Shown: positions 11,039 through 20,368, counted from the stretch's first letter. The stretch: DNA of 64,000 nt from Candidatus Marinacidobacterium sp. (GCA_965204755.1 OZ242011.1:3040001-3104000); one strand, 5' to 3'. A program made the numbers and translations. The notes: generated by a model not told the origin, from the sequence alone.

Positions 11039-13309
11039 GTGACTGCGGCCGCCTTCCGTCCCTGCGCCGCCCGTTCCGGCGCCCTCCGCCGGCGACTGCT
11101 CGCCGCGGCGGCGCTCGGCCTGTTCCCGTCGGCGGCGGCGGCCCAGGACGCCGCGAACCGCGACATCCGGGTGGGCCTCGCCGACGGCGTCCCGGCGGCG
11201 CGCCTGGGCGCGGCGGCGCCCTTCCAACTCCGCGCCGGCGAACTCGCGATCGAGACCGCGTGGGTGCTCATCTCGCCGGAGGCCGGCCCGGCGGAACCGG
11301 CGCTCGCCCTCGGCTCCTTCGACTCCGAGGAAGGCGCGGAGCGGGCCGCGGAGTCCTACCGCGCCGCCGCCGGGACGGGCGGCGGGGCCTCCGTCCGCGT
11401 CCGGCGGAACCCGGCGGACGGCCGCTACCTGGCCGTCCTGCCGTCCGCCCGCGGCGAGCCGCCCTCCGCCGCCGTCCGGCGCCTCCGGGAAGGGGGATTC
11501 CCCGGCGCCGGGCTCTTCGACCTCCCGGAACCGGTCGGCGACGCGCTGGTCCTCCGTCCGGTCGGGGGCGCCCCCATCCGCATCCCCGGCGGGGTCGCGC
11601 TCACCGCCGCCCCGCCCGCCTCCGGCTTCCTCGAGTGGGAGGGCCGGCCGTACCGGGGCTCGCTCACCGTCTTCCGGAGCGGCGCCGGCGTTACCGTGGT
11701 GAACCGGCTGCCGCTCGAGGACTACCTTCTCGGCGTCGTCCCCCGCGAACTGCCGCCGGACCTCTTCCCCGAACTCGAAGCCCTGAAGGCGCAGGCGCTG
11801 GCGGCGCGGACCTACGCGCTCCGGCCCCGCGACGCCTACCTCGAACGCGGCTACGACCTCTGCAGCGGCCCGGCCTGCCAGGTGTACGGCGGCGTCGGCG
11901 CCGAGCGCCCGCTCTCCAGCCGGGCGGTGCGCGAGACCGCCGGCGAGGCGCTCTTCCACGACGGCGCGCTGATCGACGCGCTCTACACCGCGGCCTGCGG
12001 CGGCGCGACCGAGAACGCCGAGAACATCTTCACCACGAAGACTCCCTACCTGGTGAGCCGCGCCTGCATCCGGGACTCCGGCGGGCTCCGCCTCGAAACC
12101 TCCGGCGCCGCCCCGCTCGACGCCGCCCTCGTCCGCGCCGCGGGTCTGCTCCCCGCGGGCTGGGCCGACGCGGACGCCCTCGCCGCCCCGGCGGGCGCCG
12201 CCGAGTCGGAGCGCCTGCTCCGGGAGACCGCCCGGGGCCTCGGCGCGCCGGTCTGCGACCTCCCCGATGCTCCGCGGGGAGACGCGCCGCTCACCCTCGG
12301 CGCTTTCGCCGAGTCCGTCCGGGCGCTCCGCTGCCGCCCGGCGCCGTCCGAAGGCGCCGCCGGAGCGTCGGCGGTCTCCCCCTTCGGGCCGGGGACCGGG
12401 GAAATGCCCCCGGCGGTTCGCGCCCTCCTCGACGAGGGCCTGCTGGACGCCGGGGAGCGGGGCCTCGCCCCCGACCGGCCGGTGAGCCGCCGGGAAGTCC
12501 TGTTCGCCGCCGCCGCGCTCCTCCGCCGGGAGGCGCCCTCCTTCCGCCGCGGCCAGGTGCGCGGGATCGAAGGGGGAGCGCTGCTCGTCGAGGAAGACGG
12601 GGAGACCCCGCGGGGCGGCCCTTCGCCGGGCCCCTCCGCCGACCGGCCGCTGCTGCGCCTCACCCCGGCGGGGCGCCCCCCGGCCGAAGCGGAGGCCTGG
12701 CTCTACCGCGAGACGAGTTCGCGCCGGATTCCCGGGCGCGGCGACCCGGCGCCCACCGCCGCGCCGGTCCGCTCGCTGACCGCGCGCCTCGGCGACTTCG
12801 TCCGCTTCCTCGCCCCGGGGCCCGGAGGCGGCAGCCCCGCCGCCGACGGAGAGGCCCCGCCGCTCCGCTTCGAAGCGCTGATCCTCGAAGACCTCGGCGC
12901 GACCTGGGACCGCTTCTCCCGCCAGCGCTCCTGGCTCGTCCCGAAGGACGCCGCCTCGCTCGCCGAGGCCGCCGCCCGGCGGCGCCCCATCGGCGACCTG
13001 CTCGCCCTCGAGCCCCTCGAATACGGCGCTTCCGGGCGGATCGTCCGGCTCCGGCTGGTCGGGAGCGAAGGCAGCCTCGAAGTGCGCGGCCTCGGCGTCC
13101 GCCGCCTCCTCGGCCTCTCCGACAACCTCTTCTTCGCCGAACCCCGCCGCGACCCCGACGGCCGGCTGACCGGCTACTGGTTCATCGGGCGCGGCTGGGG
13201 CCACGGCCTCGGCCTCTGCCAGGCCGGGGCCTACGGGATGGCCGCCGCCGGCGCCGACTACCGGGAGATCCTGACCCACTACTACGCCGGCGTGGAGATC
13301 CGCCGGTGA
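11039..13309 (+). CDS. SpoIID/LytB domain protein with SPOR-like segment
   Basis: VNRLPLEDYLLGVVPRE, EALKAQALAARTYA, CQVYGG, GRGWGHGLGLCQAGAYGMA, YREILTHYY; start estimated. Confidence 0.88.
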   Translation: MTAAAFRPCAARSGALRRRLLAAAALGLFPSAAAAQDAANRDIRVGLADGVPAARLGAAAPFQLRAGELAIETAWVLISPEAGPAEPALALGSFDSEEGAERAAESYRAAAGTGGGASVRVRRNPADGRYLAVLPSARGEPPSAAVRRLREGGFPGAGLFDLPEPVGDALVLRPVGGAPIRIPGGVALTAAPPASGFLEWEGRPYRGSLTVFRSGAGVTVVNRLPLEDYLLGVVPRELPPDLFPELEALKAQALAARTYALRPRDAYLERGYDLCSGPACQVYGGVGAERPLSSRAVRETAGEALFHDGALIDALYTAACGGATENAENIFTTKTPYLVSRACIRDSGGLRLETSGAAPLDAALVRAAGLLPAGWADADALAAPAGAAESERLLRETARGLGAPVCDLPDAPRGDAPLTLGAFAESVRALRCRPAPSEGAAGASAVSPFGPGTGEMPPAVRALLDEGLLDAGERGLAPDRPVSRREVLFAAAALLRREAPSFRRGQVRGIEGGALLVEEDGETPRGGPSPGPSADRPLLRLTPAGRPPAEAEAWLYRETSSRRIPGRGDPAPTAAPVRSLTARLGDFVRFLAPGPGGGSPAADGEAPPLRFEALILEDLGATWDRFSRQRSWLVPKDAASLAEAAARRRPIGDLLALEPLEYGASGRIVRLRLVGSEGSLEVRGLGVRRLLGLSDNLFFAEPRRDPDGRLTGYWFIGRGWGHGLGLCQAGAYGMAAAGADYREILTHYYAGVEIRR

Positions 13310-13421
13310 CGCGCCGTTGAGCGGGCCGCTCGCCCGTTTCAGCGCCGGACAACTCCGCGCCGGCGCGATCCTCGTCGCCGCGCTCGCGCTCCTCGCCCTC
13401 CTCCGCCGGTGTTGACGGCCC

Positions 13422-14435
13422 GTGGAAGAAGCGCCTCGCCCGGTCCTGGCGCTGGTCGGGCCGACGGCTTCCGGCAAGTCCGGACTGGCCGTCCGGCTGG
13501 CGCTCGACCTCCCGTTCCCGGTGGAAGTGGTCTCCTGCGACGCGTTCCAGATCTACCGGGGGCTCGAGATCGGCGCCGGCGCGCCCTCCGAAGGAGCCCG
13601 CCGCGCCGTCCCCCACCACCTGCTGGGCGTCCTGGAGCCCGACGATCCGGCCACCGCCGGCCGATACGCCGGCCTCGCCGCCCGCGCCGTCCGCGCGACC
13701 TGGGCGCGCGGCGGCATCCCGCTGGTGGTCGGCGGAAGCGGGCTCTACTTCCGGGCGCTCCGCGAGGGCCTGTTCTCCGGTCCCGCCCCGGACCCCGCCC
13801 TCCGCCGCCGCCTCGACCGGCTGTTCGACCGCCCGCGGGGCGCGGTGTGGCTCCGCCGGCTGCTGGCCCGGCTCGACCCGGCGGCGCACCGGGCGATCCA
13901 CGGGAACGACCGCGTCCGCCTCGCCCGGGCACTGGAAGTCGCCGTCCTCGCCGGGGCGCCGATCTCGGCGCTCCGCGCCGCCCGCGCGGTTCCCCTCCCC
14001 GAAGCGCGGTGGCTCGTCGTCGGGCTCGACCCGGGCCCGGAAGCGCTGGATCGCCGCATCGCCCGTCGCGTCCGGGGCATGTTCGCTTCGGGGCTGGCCG
14101 GGGAGGCGGCCGCGATGGAGGAGCGTTTCGGCGAGAAGTGGCCCGGGCGGTCGGCGATCGGCTACCGGGAGGCGCTGGCCGCTCTCGCCGGGGATCCCGC
14201 CCCGGAAAACCTGCCCGCCCGGATCGAGGACGCGGAGGCCCGGACCGTGACCGCGACCCGCCGCTACGCGAAGCGCCAGCGCACCTGGTTCCGCGCCGAA
14301 CCGGGCGTCCGCTGGCGGCGCGGCGACCCGGGCGCCCCGGAGACCCTGGCGGAGATCCGGGCGGAATTCGTCCGCTTCGTCGAGGGGGAGGGCGGGGGCG
14401 GGGCGTCGGTTCCCGCTCCTAGAATTCCGGTGTGA
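13422..14435 (+). CDS. miaA: tRNA dimethylallyltransferase
   Basis: GPTASGKS, SCDAFQIYRGLEIG, VPHHLLG, VGGSGLY, AIGYRE, TRRYAKRQRTWFR. Confidence 0.95.
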   Translation: MEEAPRPVLALVGPTASGKSGLAVRLALDLPFPVEVVSCDAFQIYRGLEIGAGAPSEGARRAVPHHLLGVLEPDDPATAGRYAGLAARAVRATWARGGIPLVVGGSGLYFRALREGLFSGPAPDPALRRRLDRLFDRPRGAVWLRRLLARLDPAAHRAIHGNDRVRLARALEVAVLAGAPISALRAARAVPLPEARWLVVGLDPGPEALDRRIARRVRGMFASGLAGEAAAMEERFGEKWPGRSAIGYREALAALAGDPAPENLPARIEDAEARTVTATRRYAKRQRTWFRAEPGVRWRRGDPGAPETLAEIRAEFVRFVEGEGGGGASVPAPRIPV

Positions 14436-15103
14436 TGCGTTCGCCCGAAGCGTCCCGTCCGCCGCGGCCCCGGGGCCGCCGCTTCCCGCGGCGTTCGGCC
14501 CTCGCCGCCGCGCTGGCGGCCGTCGTCCTCGCCGCGCCGGGCGGCGCCGGCGCGGGAGTCGGCCCGGGAGTCGGCCAGACCGCCGCCGAAACCGCGGCCC
14601 TCGACGCCTGGATGAAACTGCTCGGGCTGCTGGGCGGCGCCGCGGCGGAACCGGTAACGCTCACCGAGGACGAGGCGAGCCTCCTGCTGGCGACCCCTCC
14701 CGCCGCCCCCATCCTCGCGGAGGAGGCCGGCCTCTCCTCGGTTTCCACGCGGTTCCGACCGGGCGAGGTCCGCTTCTCCGCCTCCGCCGAACCCGAAGCG
14801 CTCGCCGCCCTCCTGCCGCTCCCGCTCCCGCTCGGCGGCACCGCCGTCCCCCTGCGCGCGACGGTCCGGCTCGTCGGCGAAGACGGCCTCGGCCGGGCGA
14901 CCCTGGTCGAGGCGAGCGCCGGCGGCCTCCCCGTTCCCCCGGAGGCGGTCGCCGAAGCGCTGCTCGAACGCCTGCTGGCCGCGTTCTCGGTCGCCGAGGG
15001 CTCGCCGGAGGTCGAGGGCGCGACGGCGCGGTTCCCGCTGCCGGCCGGCCTCCGCGCCCTCGAAGTGGGCCCGGGGGAAGTCCGGCTGACTCCGGGCGGC
15101 TAG
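14432..15103 (+). CDS. Hypothetical exported protein
   Basis: ORF fills the miaA-recG gap, has a signal-like N-terminus and host-like codon usage. Confidence 0.6.
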   Translation: MMRSPEASRPPRPRGRRFPRRSALAAALAAVVLAAPGGAGAGVGPGVGQTAAETAALDAWMKLLGLLGGAAAEPVTLTEDEASLLLATPPAAPILAEEAGLSSVSTRFRPGEVRFSASAEPEALAALLPLPLPLGGTAVPLRATVRLVGEDGLGRATLVEASAGGLPVPPEAVAEALLERLLAAFSVAEGSPEVEGATARFPLPAGLRALEVGPGEVRLTPGG

Positions 15104-15154
15104 CGGACCGGCGGCGGACCGGGGGCCGGGCGTAACCCGAGCGGCGCGCCCGCG

Positions 15155-17344
15155 ATGCCGGAACTCGGCCCGGACACCGAAGTCCGCTTCGTCAAGGGCG
15201 TCGGCGAACGCCGCGCGAAGGCGCTGGCCGAAGCCGGCATCCGCCGGGTCTCCGACCTCCTGCTGCGGCTGCCGTACCGCTACGAGGACCGCAGCGCCGG
15301 CCGCCCGGCGTGCGAGGTCCGGGACGGGGAGTCGGCGTCGGTCGAAGTGGTCGTCGAGTCGCTGCGCGTCCGCCCCACCCGCCGGCGCAACCTGAAGATC
15401 GTCGAACTCCGCGCCCGGGACGACACCGGCCCGGTGCGCGCCACCTGGTTCAACCGGCAGCACCTGAAGCAGGTCCTCCGGCCGGGCCGCCGCCTCGTCC
15501 TCTTCGGCGCCGCCAAGGTCGCCTATCCCGGTGCGCCCCCCGAGTTCCAAAACCCGAAGTACGAACTCATCACCGGTCCCCCGCCGCCCCGGTTCGAATC
15601 CTCGAGCGGGGACGAGCCGCCCGGTCCCGACGCCACCGACTCCGGCCCCACCGACGCCGGCCCCGATCCCCTGCATGTCGGGCGCATCGTCCCCGTCTAT
15701 GAACGCCTCGGCGAGATCCACCCCCGCCAGTTCCGCCGGATCCTCCACGACCTGGTGGAGTCCGGCGCCGGCGCCGAAACGGGCTGCCTCCCGGAGGAAC
15801 TCATCACCCGACTCGCCCTCCCCACGCGAGAAGAAGCCCTCCGGGAAGTCCACTTCCCCGAACCGGACGCGGAACTCGAAGCCCTCGCCGGGCGCCGGTC
15901 ACCGGGACACCGCCGGCTCATCCTCGAGGAGTTCTTCTCCTTCGCCCTCGGCCTCCTGCTGCGCCGCCGGGAAGACCGCACCGGGCGCGCCGGCGGCGGC
16001 GTCTTCCCGGTCAGCGACGCCGTCCGCGGCCTGTTCCGCCGGGTCGTCCCCTTCCGGCTCACCGGCTCGCAGCGGGACACGCTCCGGACGATCGCCCGCG
16101 AGTTCGCCGGCCCGCTCCCCATGCGCCGGCTGCTCCAGGGCGATGTGGGGTCGGGGAAGACCATCGTCGCGGTCGTCGCCGCGCTCATCGTCATCGACAA
16201 CGGGGCGCAGGCGGCGCTCATGGCGCCGACGGAGGTGCTCGCCGAGCAGCACTACGCCACGATCCGGCGCCTGCTGGAGCCCCACCGCATCCGGGTGGCG
16301 CTGCTCACTTCCGGCCTCTCCGCCGCCGACCGCCGGGCCACCCTGACCGCGGTGGCCAGCGGCTGGGCGCAGTTCGTCATCGGCACCCACTCGCTGATCC
16401 AGGAGGGGGCGCAGTTCCGCAACCTGGGTTTCGCGGTCGTGGACGAGCAGCACCGGTTCGGCGTGGAGCAGCGCCAACTGCTGGTCGAACGGGGCGCCGG
16501 CTGCGACCTGCTGGTCATGACCGCGACGCCGATCCCCCGGACGCTGACCATGGCCCTCCACGGCGACCTCGACCTCTCCGAACTCACCGAACTCCCGCCC
16601 GGCCGCCAGCCGATCGAGACGATCGTCCGCAGTTTCGCCGAGTTGGACGGCGTACACGACGCCGTGCGCGAGGAAGTCCGGCGAGGCCGACAGGCGTTCT
16701 ATGTCTGCCCGTTCATCGAGGACTCCGAAGCGGTGGACGGCAGCGGCGTCGAGCGCCGCTTCGCCGAACTCGCCGAAGGGCCGTTCCGCGGCCTGCGGCT
16801 CGACCTGGTCCACGGCCGGGTCCCGGCCGCGCAGCGCGACCGGGTCATGACCGCCTTCGCCACCGGCGAGGTGGATGTGCTGGTCGCGACCACGGTGATC
16901 GAAGTCGGCGTGGACATCCCGAACGCGACGGTCATGGTGGTGGAGAACGCCGAGCGGTTCGGCCTCGCCCAACTCCACCAGTTGCGCGGCCGGGTGGGGC
17001 GCGGGCGGTTCCCGTCCACCGCGGCGCTGGTGCACGGCGACGAACTCACCGAGTCCGCGAAGCGGCGGCTGGAAGTCCTGAAAGAGACCGCCGACGGCTT
17101 CCGCATCGCCGAGGAGGACCTGGCGATCCGCGGGCCGGGCGAGTTCTTCGGCGCCCGCCAGCACGGAGTCCCCCCGTTCCGCGTCGCCGACCTGGAGCGC
17201 GACGCCGAGTTCCTGCGGCAGGCGCGCCGGGAGGCGCAGCGTTTCCTCGACTCCGGCGCCGAGGAGCGGGAGGAGGGGCGGCGCATCCTCGGGGAAGTTC
17301 GCGCCGCCTGGGGCGACCGCTTCGGGTTGACCAAGGGCGGCTGA
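15155..17344 (+). CDS. recG: ATP-dependent DNA helicase RecG
   Basis: RLLQGDVGSGKT, MAPTEVLAEQH, VVDEQHRFGV, ERFGLAQLHQLRGRVGRG, DGFRIAEEDLAIRGPGEFFG. Confidence 0.97.
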   Translation: MPELGPDTEVRFVKGVGERRAKALAEAGIRRVSDLLLRLPYRYEDRSAGRPACEVRDGESASVEVVVESLRVRPTRRRNLKIVELRARDDTGPVRATWFNRQHLKQVLRPGRRLVLFGAAKVAYPGAPPEFQNPKYELITGPPPPRFESSSGDEPPGPDATDSGPTDAGPDPLHVGRIVPVYERLGEIHPRQFRRILHDLVESGAGAETGCLPEELITRLALPTREEALREVHFPEPDAELEALAGRRSPGHRRLILEEFFSFALGLLLRRREDRTGRAGGGVFPVSDAVRGLFRRVVPFRLTGSQRDTLRTIAREFAGPLPMRRLLQGDVGSGKTIVAVVAALIVIDNGAQAALMAPTEVLAEQHYATIRRLLEPHRIRVALLTSGLSAADRRATLTAVASGWAQFVIGTHSLIQEGAQFRNLGFAVVDEQHRFGVEQRQLLVERGAGCDLLVMTATPIPRTLTMALHGDLDLSELTELPPGRQPIETIVRSFAELDGVHDAVREEVRRGRQAFYVCPFIEDSEAVDGSGVERRFAELAEGPFRGLRLDLVHGRVPAAQRDRVMTAFATGEVDVLVATTVIEVGVDIPNATVMVVENAERFGLAQLHQLRGRVGRGRFPSTAALVHGDELTESAKRRLEVLKETADGFRIAEEDLAIRGPGEFFGARQHGVPPFRVADLERDAEFLRQARREAQRFLDSGAEEREEGRRILGEVRAAWGDRFGLTKGG

Positions 17345-17646
17345 CCCCGGGCATGTGTCTTCGACCCGTGTCTTTCGCGGGAGCGACGCTTCGGACGAGT
17401 CGCCCGCGGGTTCGCGCGGCTCTGCCCATGCGGCTGCTGCCGGGCGATGCCGGGTCGGGGAGGACCGTCTTTACGAAGGACCTCTCGCGTTTGGCTGGGG
17501 CAGGTCCGCGATCCGCTGTCCGGTCATCGCTCGCCGGAAGAAACCGACCGGTTCGGTCTTGCCGGTCACCGGGTCGCGCTCCCCTACCGCTCCGCGGAAT
17601 CGGGCCGCGCCTGCACACCTGAACCGAGGAAGCCGGCGCCGATGTT

Positions 17647-17814
17647 GATCGTGCGCTATCCTCTGTTTCCAAGGGCCGCATCCTACTAGCTTTCCTATAA
17701 AAGGAGTGCCTGGCAACTCCCAGAACAGGGACTCGGCTTGCCGAGCGGCGGACAGTGCGCGGCGTCCGTCGGGCGGCCCCACGGGGACTACCAGGCGCAG
17801 TCCCTACCCCCGCT
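17647..17814 (-). ncRNA. Putative structured RNA family A, copy 4 (distal)
   Basis: GGGACU/AGUCCC, CUCGGC/GCCGAG and GGAGU/ACUCC hairpins; GGGCCGC/GCGGCCC long-range helix. Confidence 0.6.
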
Positions 17815-17997
17815 TCGGGGTTTGCGAAGGACCTCTCGCGTTTGGCTGAGGCAGGTCCGCGATCCGCTGTCCGGTCATCTCTCGCCGGGAGGAAGCGACC
17901 GGTTCGGCCTTGTCGGTCACCGGGTCGCGTTCCACCACCGCTCCGCGGAATCGAGCCGCGCCTGCACGCCCGAAACGAGGAAGCCGGCGCCGAGGTT

Positions 17998-18169
17998 GTT
18001 CGTGCGCTATCCTTGGCATCCAAGGGCCGCATCCTACTAGCCCTACCGAACGGTTGAGGAGTGCCTGGCAACTCCAAAACAAGGGACTCGGCTTGCCGAG
18101 CGGCGGACAGTGCGCGGCGTCCGTCGGGCGGCCCCACGGGGACTACCAAGCGCAGTCCCTACCCCCGCT
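17998..18169 (-). ncRNA. Putative structured RNA family A, copy 3
   Basis: Same scaffold; C-to-U change in loop 1 keeps the predicted kissing pair as G-U. Confidence 0.6.
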
Positions 18170-18352
18170 TCGGGGTTTGCGAAGGACCTCTCGCGTTTGG
18201 CCGAGGCAGGTCCGCGATCCGCTGTCGGGTCATCGCTCGCCGGAACGAACCGATTGGTTCGACCCTGCCGGTCACCGGGTCGCGCTCCGCCACCGACCCG
18301 CGGTATCGAGCCGCGCACGCCCACCCGAACCGAGGAAGATCGCACCGATGTC

Positions 18353-18520
18353 GATCGTGCGCTACCCTCACGCGCAAAGGCCGCATCCTACTAGCTGACC
18401 CAAAAGGTGAGGAGTGCCTGGCTACTCCAAGATCAGGGACTCGGCTTGCCGAGCGGCGGGCAGTCGCGGCGCCCCCGGGCGGCCCCACGGGGACTACCAG
18501 GCGCAGTCCCCACCCCCGCT
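18353..18520 (-). ncRNA. Putative structured RNA family A, copy 2
   Basis: Same scaffold; compensatory GGAC/GUCC to GGGC/GCCC. Confidence 0.6.
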
Positions 18521-18701
18521 TCAGGGTTTGCGAAGGACCTCTCGCGCTTGGCCGAGCAGGTTCGCCAGTTGCTTCTCGGTCATCTCTCGCCGGAAGAAAC
18601 TGATCAGATCGACCTCGTCGGTCGCCGGGTCGCGCTCCACCACCGCTCCGCGGTATCGAGGCCGCCCGCACACCCGAACTGAGGAAGCCGGCGCCGATGT
18701 T

Positions 18702-18870
18702 GATCGTGCGCTATCCTCACTCGTAAGGGCCGCATCCTACTAGCTAACCGAACGGTTGAGGAGTGCCTGGCAACTCCAAGAAAGGGGCTCGGCTTGCCGA
18801 GCGGCGGGCAGTGCGCGGCGTCCGTCGGGCGGCCCCACGGGGACTACCAGGCGCAGTCCCCACCCCCGCT
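18702..18870 (-). ncRNA. Putative structured RNA family A, copy 1 (starts at nuclease stop codon)
   Basis: Begins immediately after the TGA at 18873-18871; same scaffold. Confidence 0.62.
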
Positions 18871-19368
18871 TCAGGGTTTGCGAAGGACCTCTCGCGCTCG
18901 GTCAAGCAGGTTCGCGAGTTGCTGCTCGGTCATCTCTCGCCGGAAGAAACTGATCAGATCGACCTTGTCGGTCACCGGGTCGCGCTCCACCACCGCGAAG
19001 TAGAAAATCCCGTCGACTTCGCCCCACAGGCACAGGCGGTTGTCGAAGGCCTCCGGCGGCCGGTTCGCCGGCGGGCTGGGTCGGAATACGACCCTCGGCG
19101 CTTCCAACAGCGCCGGCAGCCGCCGGTAATCCTCGGTCCCAAGTTCGGGATGGCCCCTCTTCTTCCTCCTGGGTTGTGCGAGCCGTCCATCCTGTTTCTT
19201 CATGATGCGGTCGGGGAGTCGCACCACGGCGGTCCGGGCCCCGATCCAGTCGCGGACTTCGGGGTCCAGCGCGCCGGCGCGCAGGGCGCCCCGGGGTTCG
19301 GCTCGGAACCGGGCGAAGATCGGGCTCTCGAAGACGGAGCGGGCGAGTGTCCCGTTCAGGTCATCCAT
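18871..19368 (-). CDS. Stand-alone BECR-fold (PBECR2-like) putative ribonuclease 1
   Basis: VVRL...KKQ...HPELGTEDYRRLPALLEAP, then beta-strands ending LISFFR; pattern recalled from PBECR2 domains, not searched. Confidence 0.65.
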   Translation of the reverse strand: MDDLNGTLARSVFESPIFARFRAEPRGALRAGALDPEVRDWIGARTAVVRLPDRIMKKQDGRLAQPRRKKRGHPELGTEDYRRLPALLEAPRVVFRPSPPANRPPEAFDNRLCLWGEVDGIFYFAVVERDPVTDKVDLISFFRREMTEQQLANLLDRAREVLRKP

Positions 19369-19577
19369 CGGGCCCCGGCCCCGGCCTCTTTCCGGGAAGG
19401 GCGTTCGCCGGCGGGGATGGCCCGCCCGGGTCGGCGCGCGGGGCTCGTTCCGTCCGGCGGTCCGGAGGTTCGATCCGCCGATTACCGCGGCCCCGGCCTC
19501 CGGCGGCGCGAGCGTTCGCGCCTCCCGACGGTGCGGGAGTTCGCGCCTCCGGACATCCGCGTCGTTTGGTTATGGTT

Positions 19578-19698
19578 CCGGGTGGCGCATGTGACACGGT
19601 GAAATTCTCCCGGCCGTAACCGATCCCTTTCGGGATGAGAGTGCTATGTGGGGTTCCCGGCTCCGGCCGGATGGGAGGCCCCACCATGCGCCGCCCGG
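19578..19698 (-). ncRNA. Putative structured RNA family B, copy 0
   Basis: Closing stem CCGGGCGGCGCAUG/CAUGCGCCACCCGG, GUGGGG/CCCCAC, AUCCC-GAAA-GGGAU, CUCCC/GGGAG pseudoknot; 12 nt after nuclease 2 stop. Confidence 0.65.
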
Positions 19699-19710
19699 GT
19701 GGGCAGCGAG

Positions 19711-20361
19711 TCACCACCGGGGGGGAGGTCGCGTCGCCCGTCGCTTGGCGCGTCCGACATCCTTCTCGTGGATCCTCTGGAAGTTCGTGAGGAAGATTTC
19801 GTTGTTCACGGTCTGCTTTATGGCGGCCTTGTAGTGATGGCCTTCGCGCTCTCCGAGGAAGAGAGTGAGATGGCGTCCGCTCGGTTCGGTGATCACCGCT
19901 CCCCCTTCGATGACATCCGGAAGCCGGCGATAGTCGTCGAGCGTGAGGTCCGGGTGGCGAACCACCTGCTTCACTGCGCTTTCCGCTGACAGTCGCACGA
20001 CCCGCGCGGGAGGGAACCCCCCTTCCGGCAGGGGCTCCAAGCCGGCTCGCGCCTCGTCGGTCAGGACCGCAACCGGCAATTCGCCGATTCGCGCCTTGAT
20101 GGCGGCGTCCTCGATCTTTATGAACAGCGCCTTTCCGGCATCCGGCAGGACTTCCCGGTAGGCCTCCACTCGCTCGAAGAACCCGGGGAGGACGGGACTC
20201 CCTTCGCCGAGGAGCCGTCGCACCGTCGCGCGGGCGGTCTCCGGGTCGGTGTTCTCGACCCATTCGAGGAGGGCGAGCAGGGCCGCCGGGCCCCGACCCG
20301 TCCGCGGAGGTGAGGCCGCGGGCGGGGGTCGGCTCCTTCGGCGGGGCGGCGCCGGAGGCAT
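19711..20361 (-). CDS. Stand-alone BECR-fold (PBECR2-like) putative ribonuclease 2
   Basis: VVRLSAESAVKQVVRHPDLTLDDYRRLPDVIE...YKAAIKQT...EIFLTNFQR; ATG 20361 lies just past the upstream gene's stop. Confidence 0.68.
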   Translation of the reverse strand: MPPAPPRRRSRPPPAASPPRTGRGPAALLALLEWVENTDPETARATVRRLLGEGSPVLPGFFERVEAYREVLPDAGKALFIKIEDAAIKARIGELPVAVLTDEARAGLEPLPEGGFPPARVVRLSAESAVKQVVRHPDLTLDDYRRLPDVIEGGAVITEPSGRHLTLFLGEREGHHYKAAIKQTVNNEIFLTNFQRIHEKDVGRAKRRATRPPPRW

Positions 20362-20368
20362 CCGGATG

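Larger units (their letters stand above)
17470..18996 (-). repeat. Tandem array of ~350-bp units (4 full + 1 partial); each unit = 3' ~125 bp of the adjacent nuclease gene + ~225 bp non-coding element
   Basis: cgaaggacctctcgcg at 17474, 17825, 18180, 18531, 18881; ggccgcatcctactagc and ggagtgcctggc recur with the same period. Confidence 0.95.

Noticed and set aside
5781-11271. Very long antisense or alternate-frame ORFs (e.g. 5781-9188, 8413-11271; also 35313-38939, 43232-46723, 54223-58458)
   Set aside because: These are shadow ORFs expected in high-GC DNA opposite well-supported genes
17470-18996. CRISPR or TIGR-type array
   Set aside because: The period is ~350 bp, variable parts are mostly self-pairing hairpin tips rather than unique spacers, and no cas or Nop-domain gene is nearby
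17046-19003. Numerous short ORFs in the array region
   Set aside because: They are repeat-derived, frames are not conserved between units, and there are no protein motifs apart from decayed nuclease C-termini
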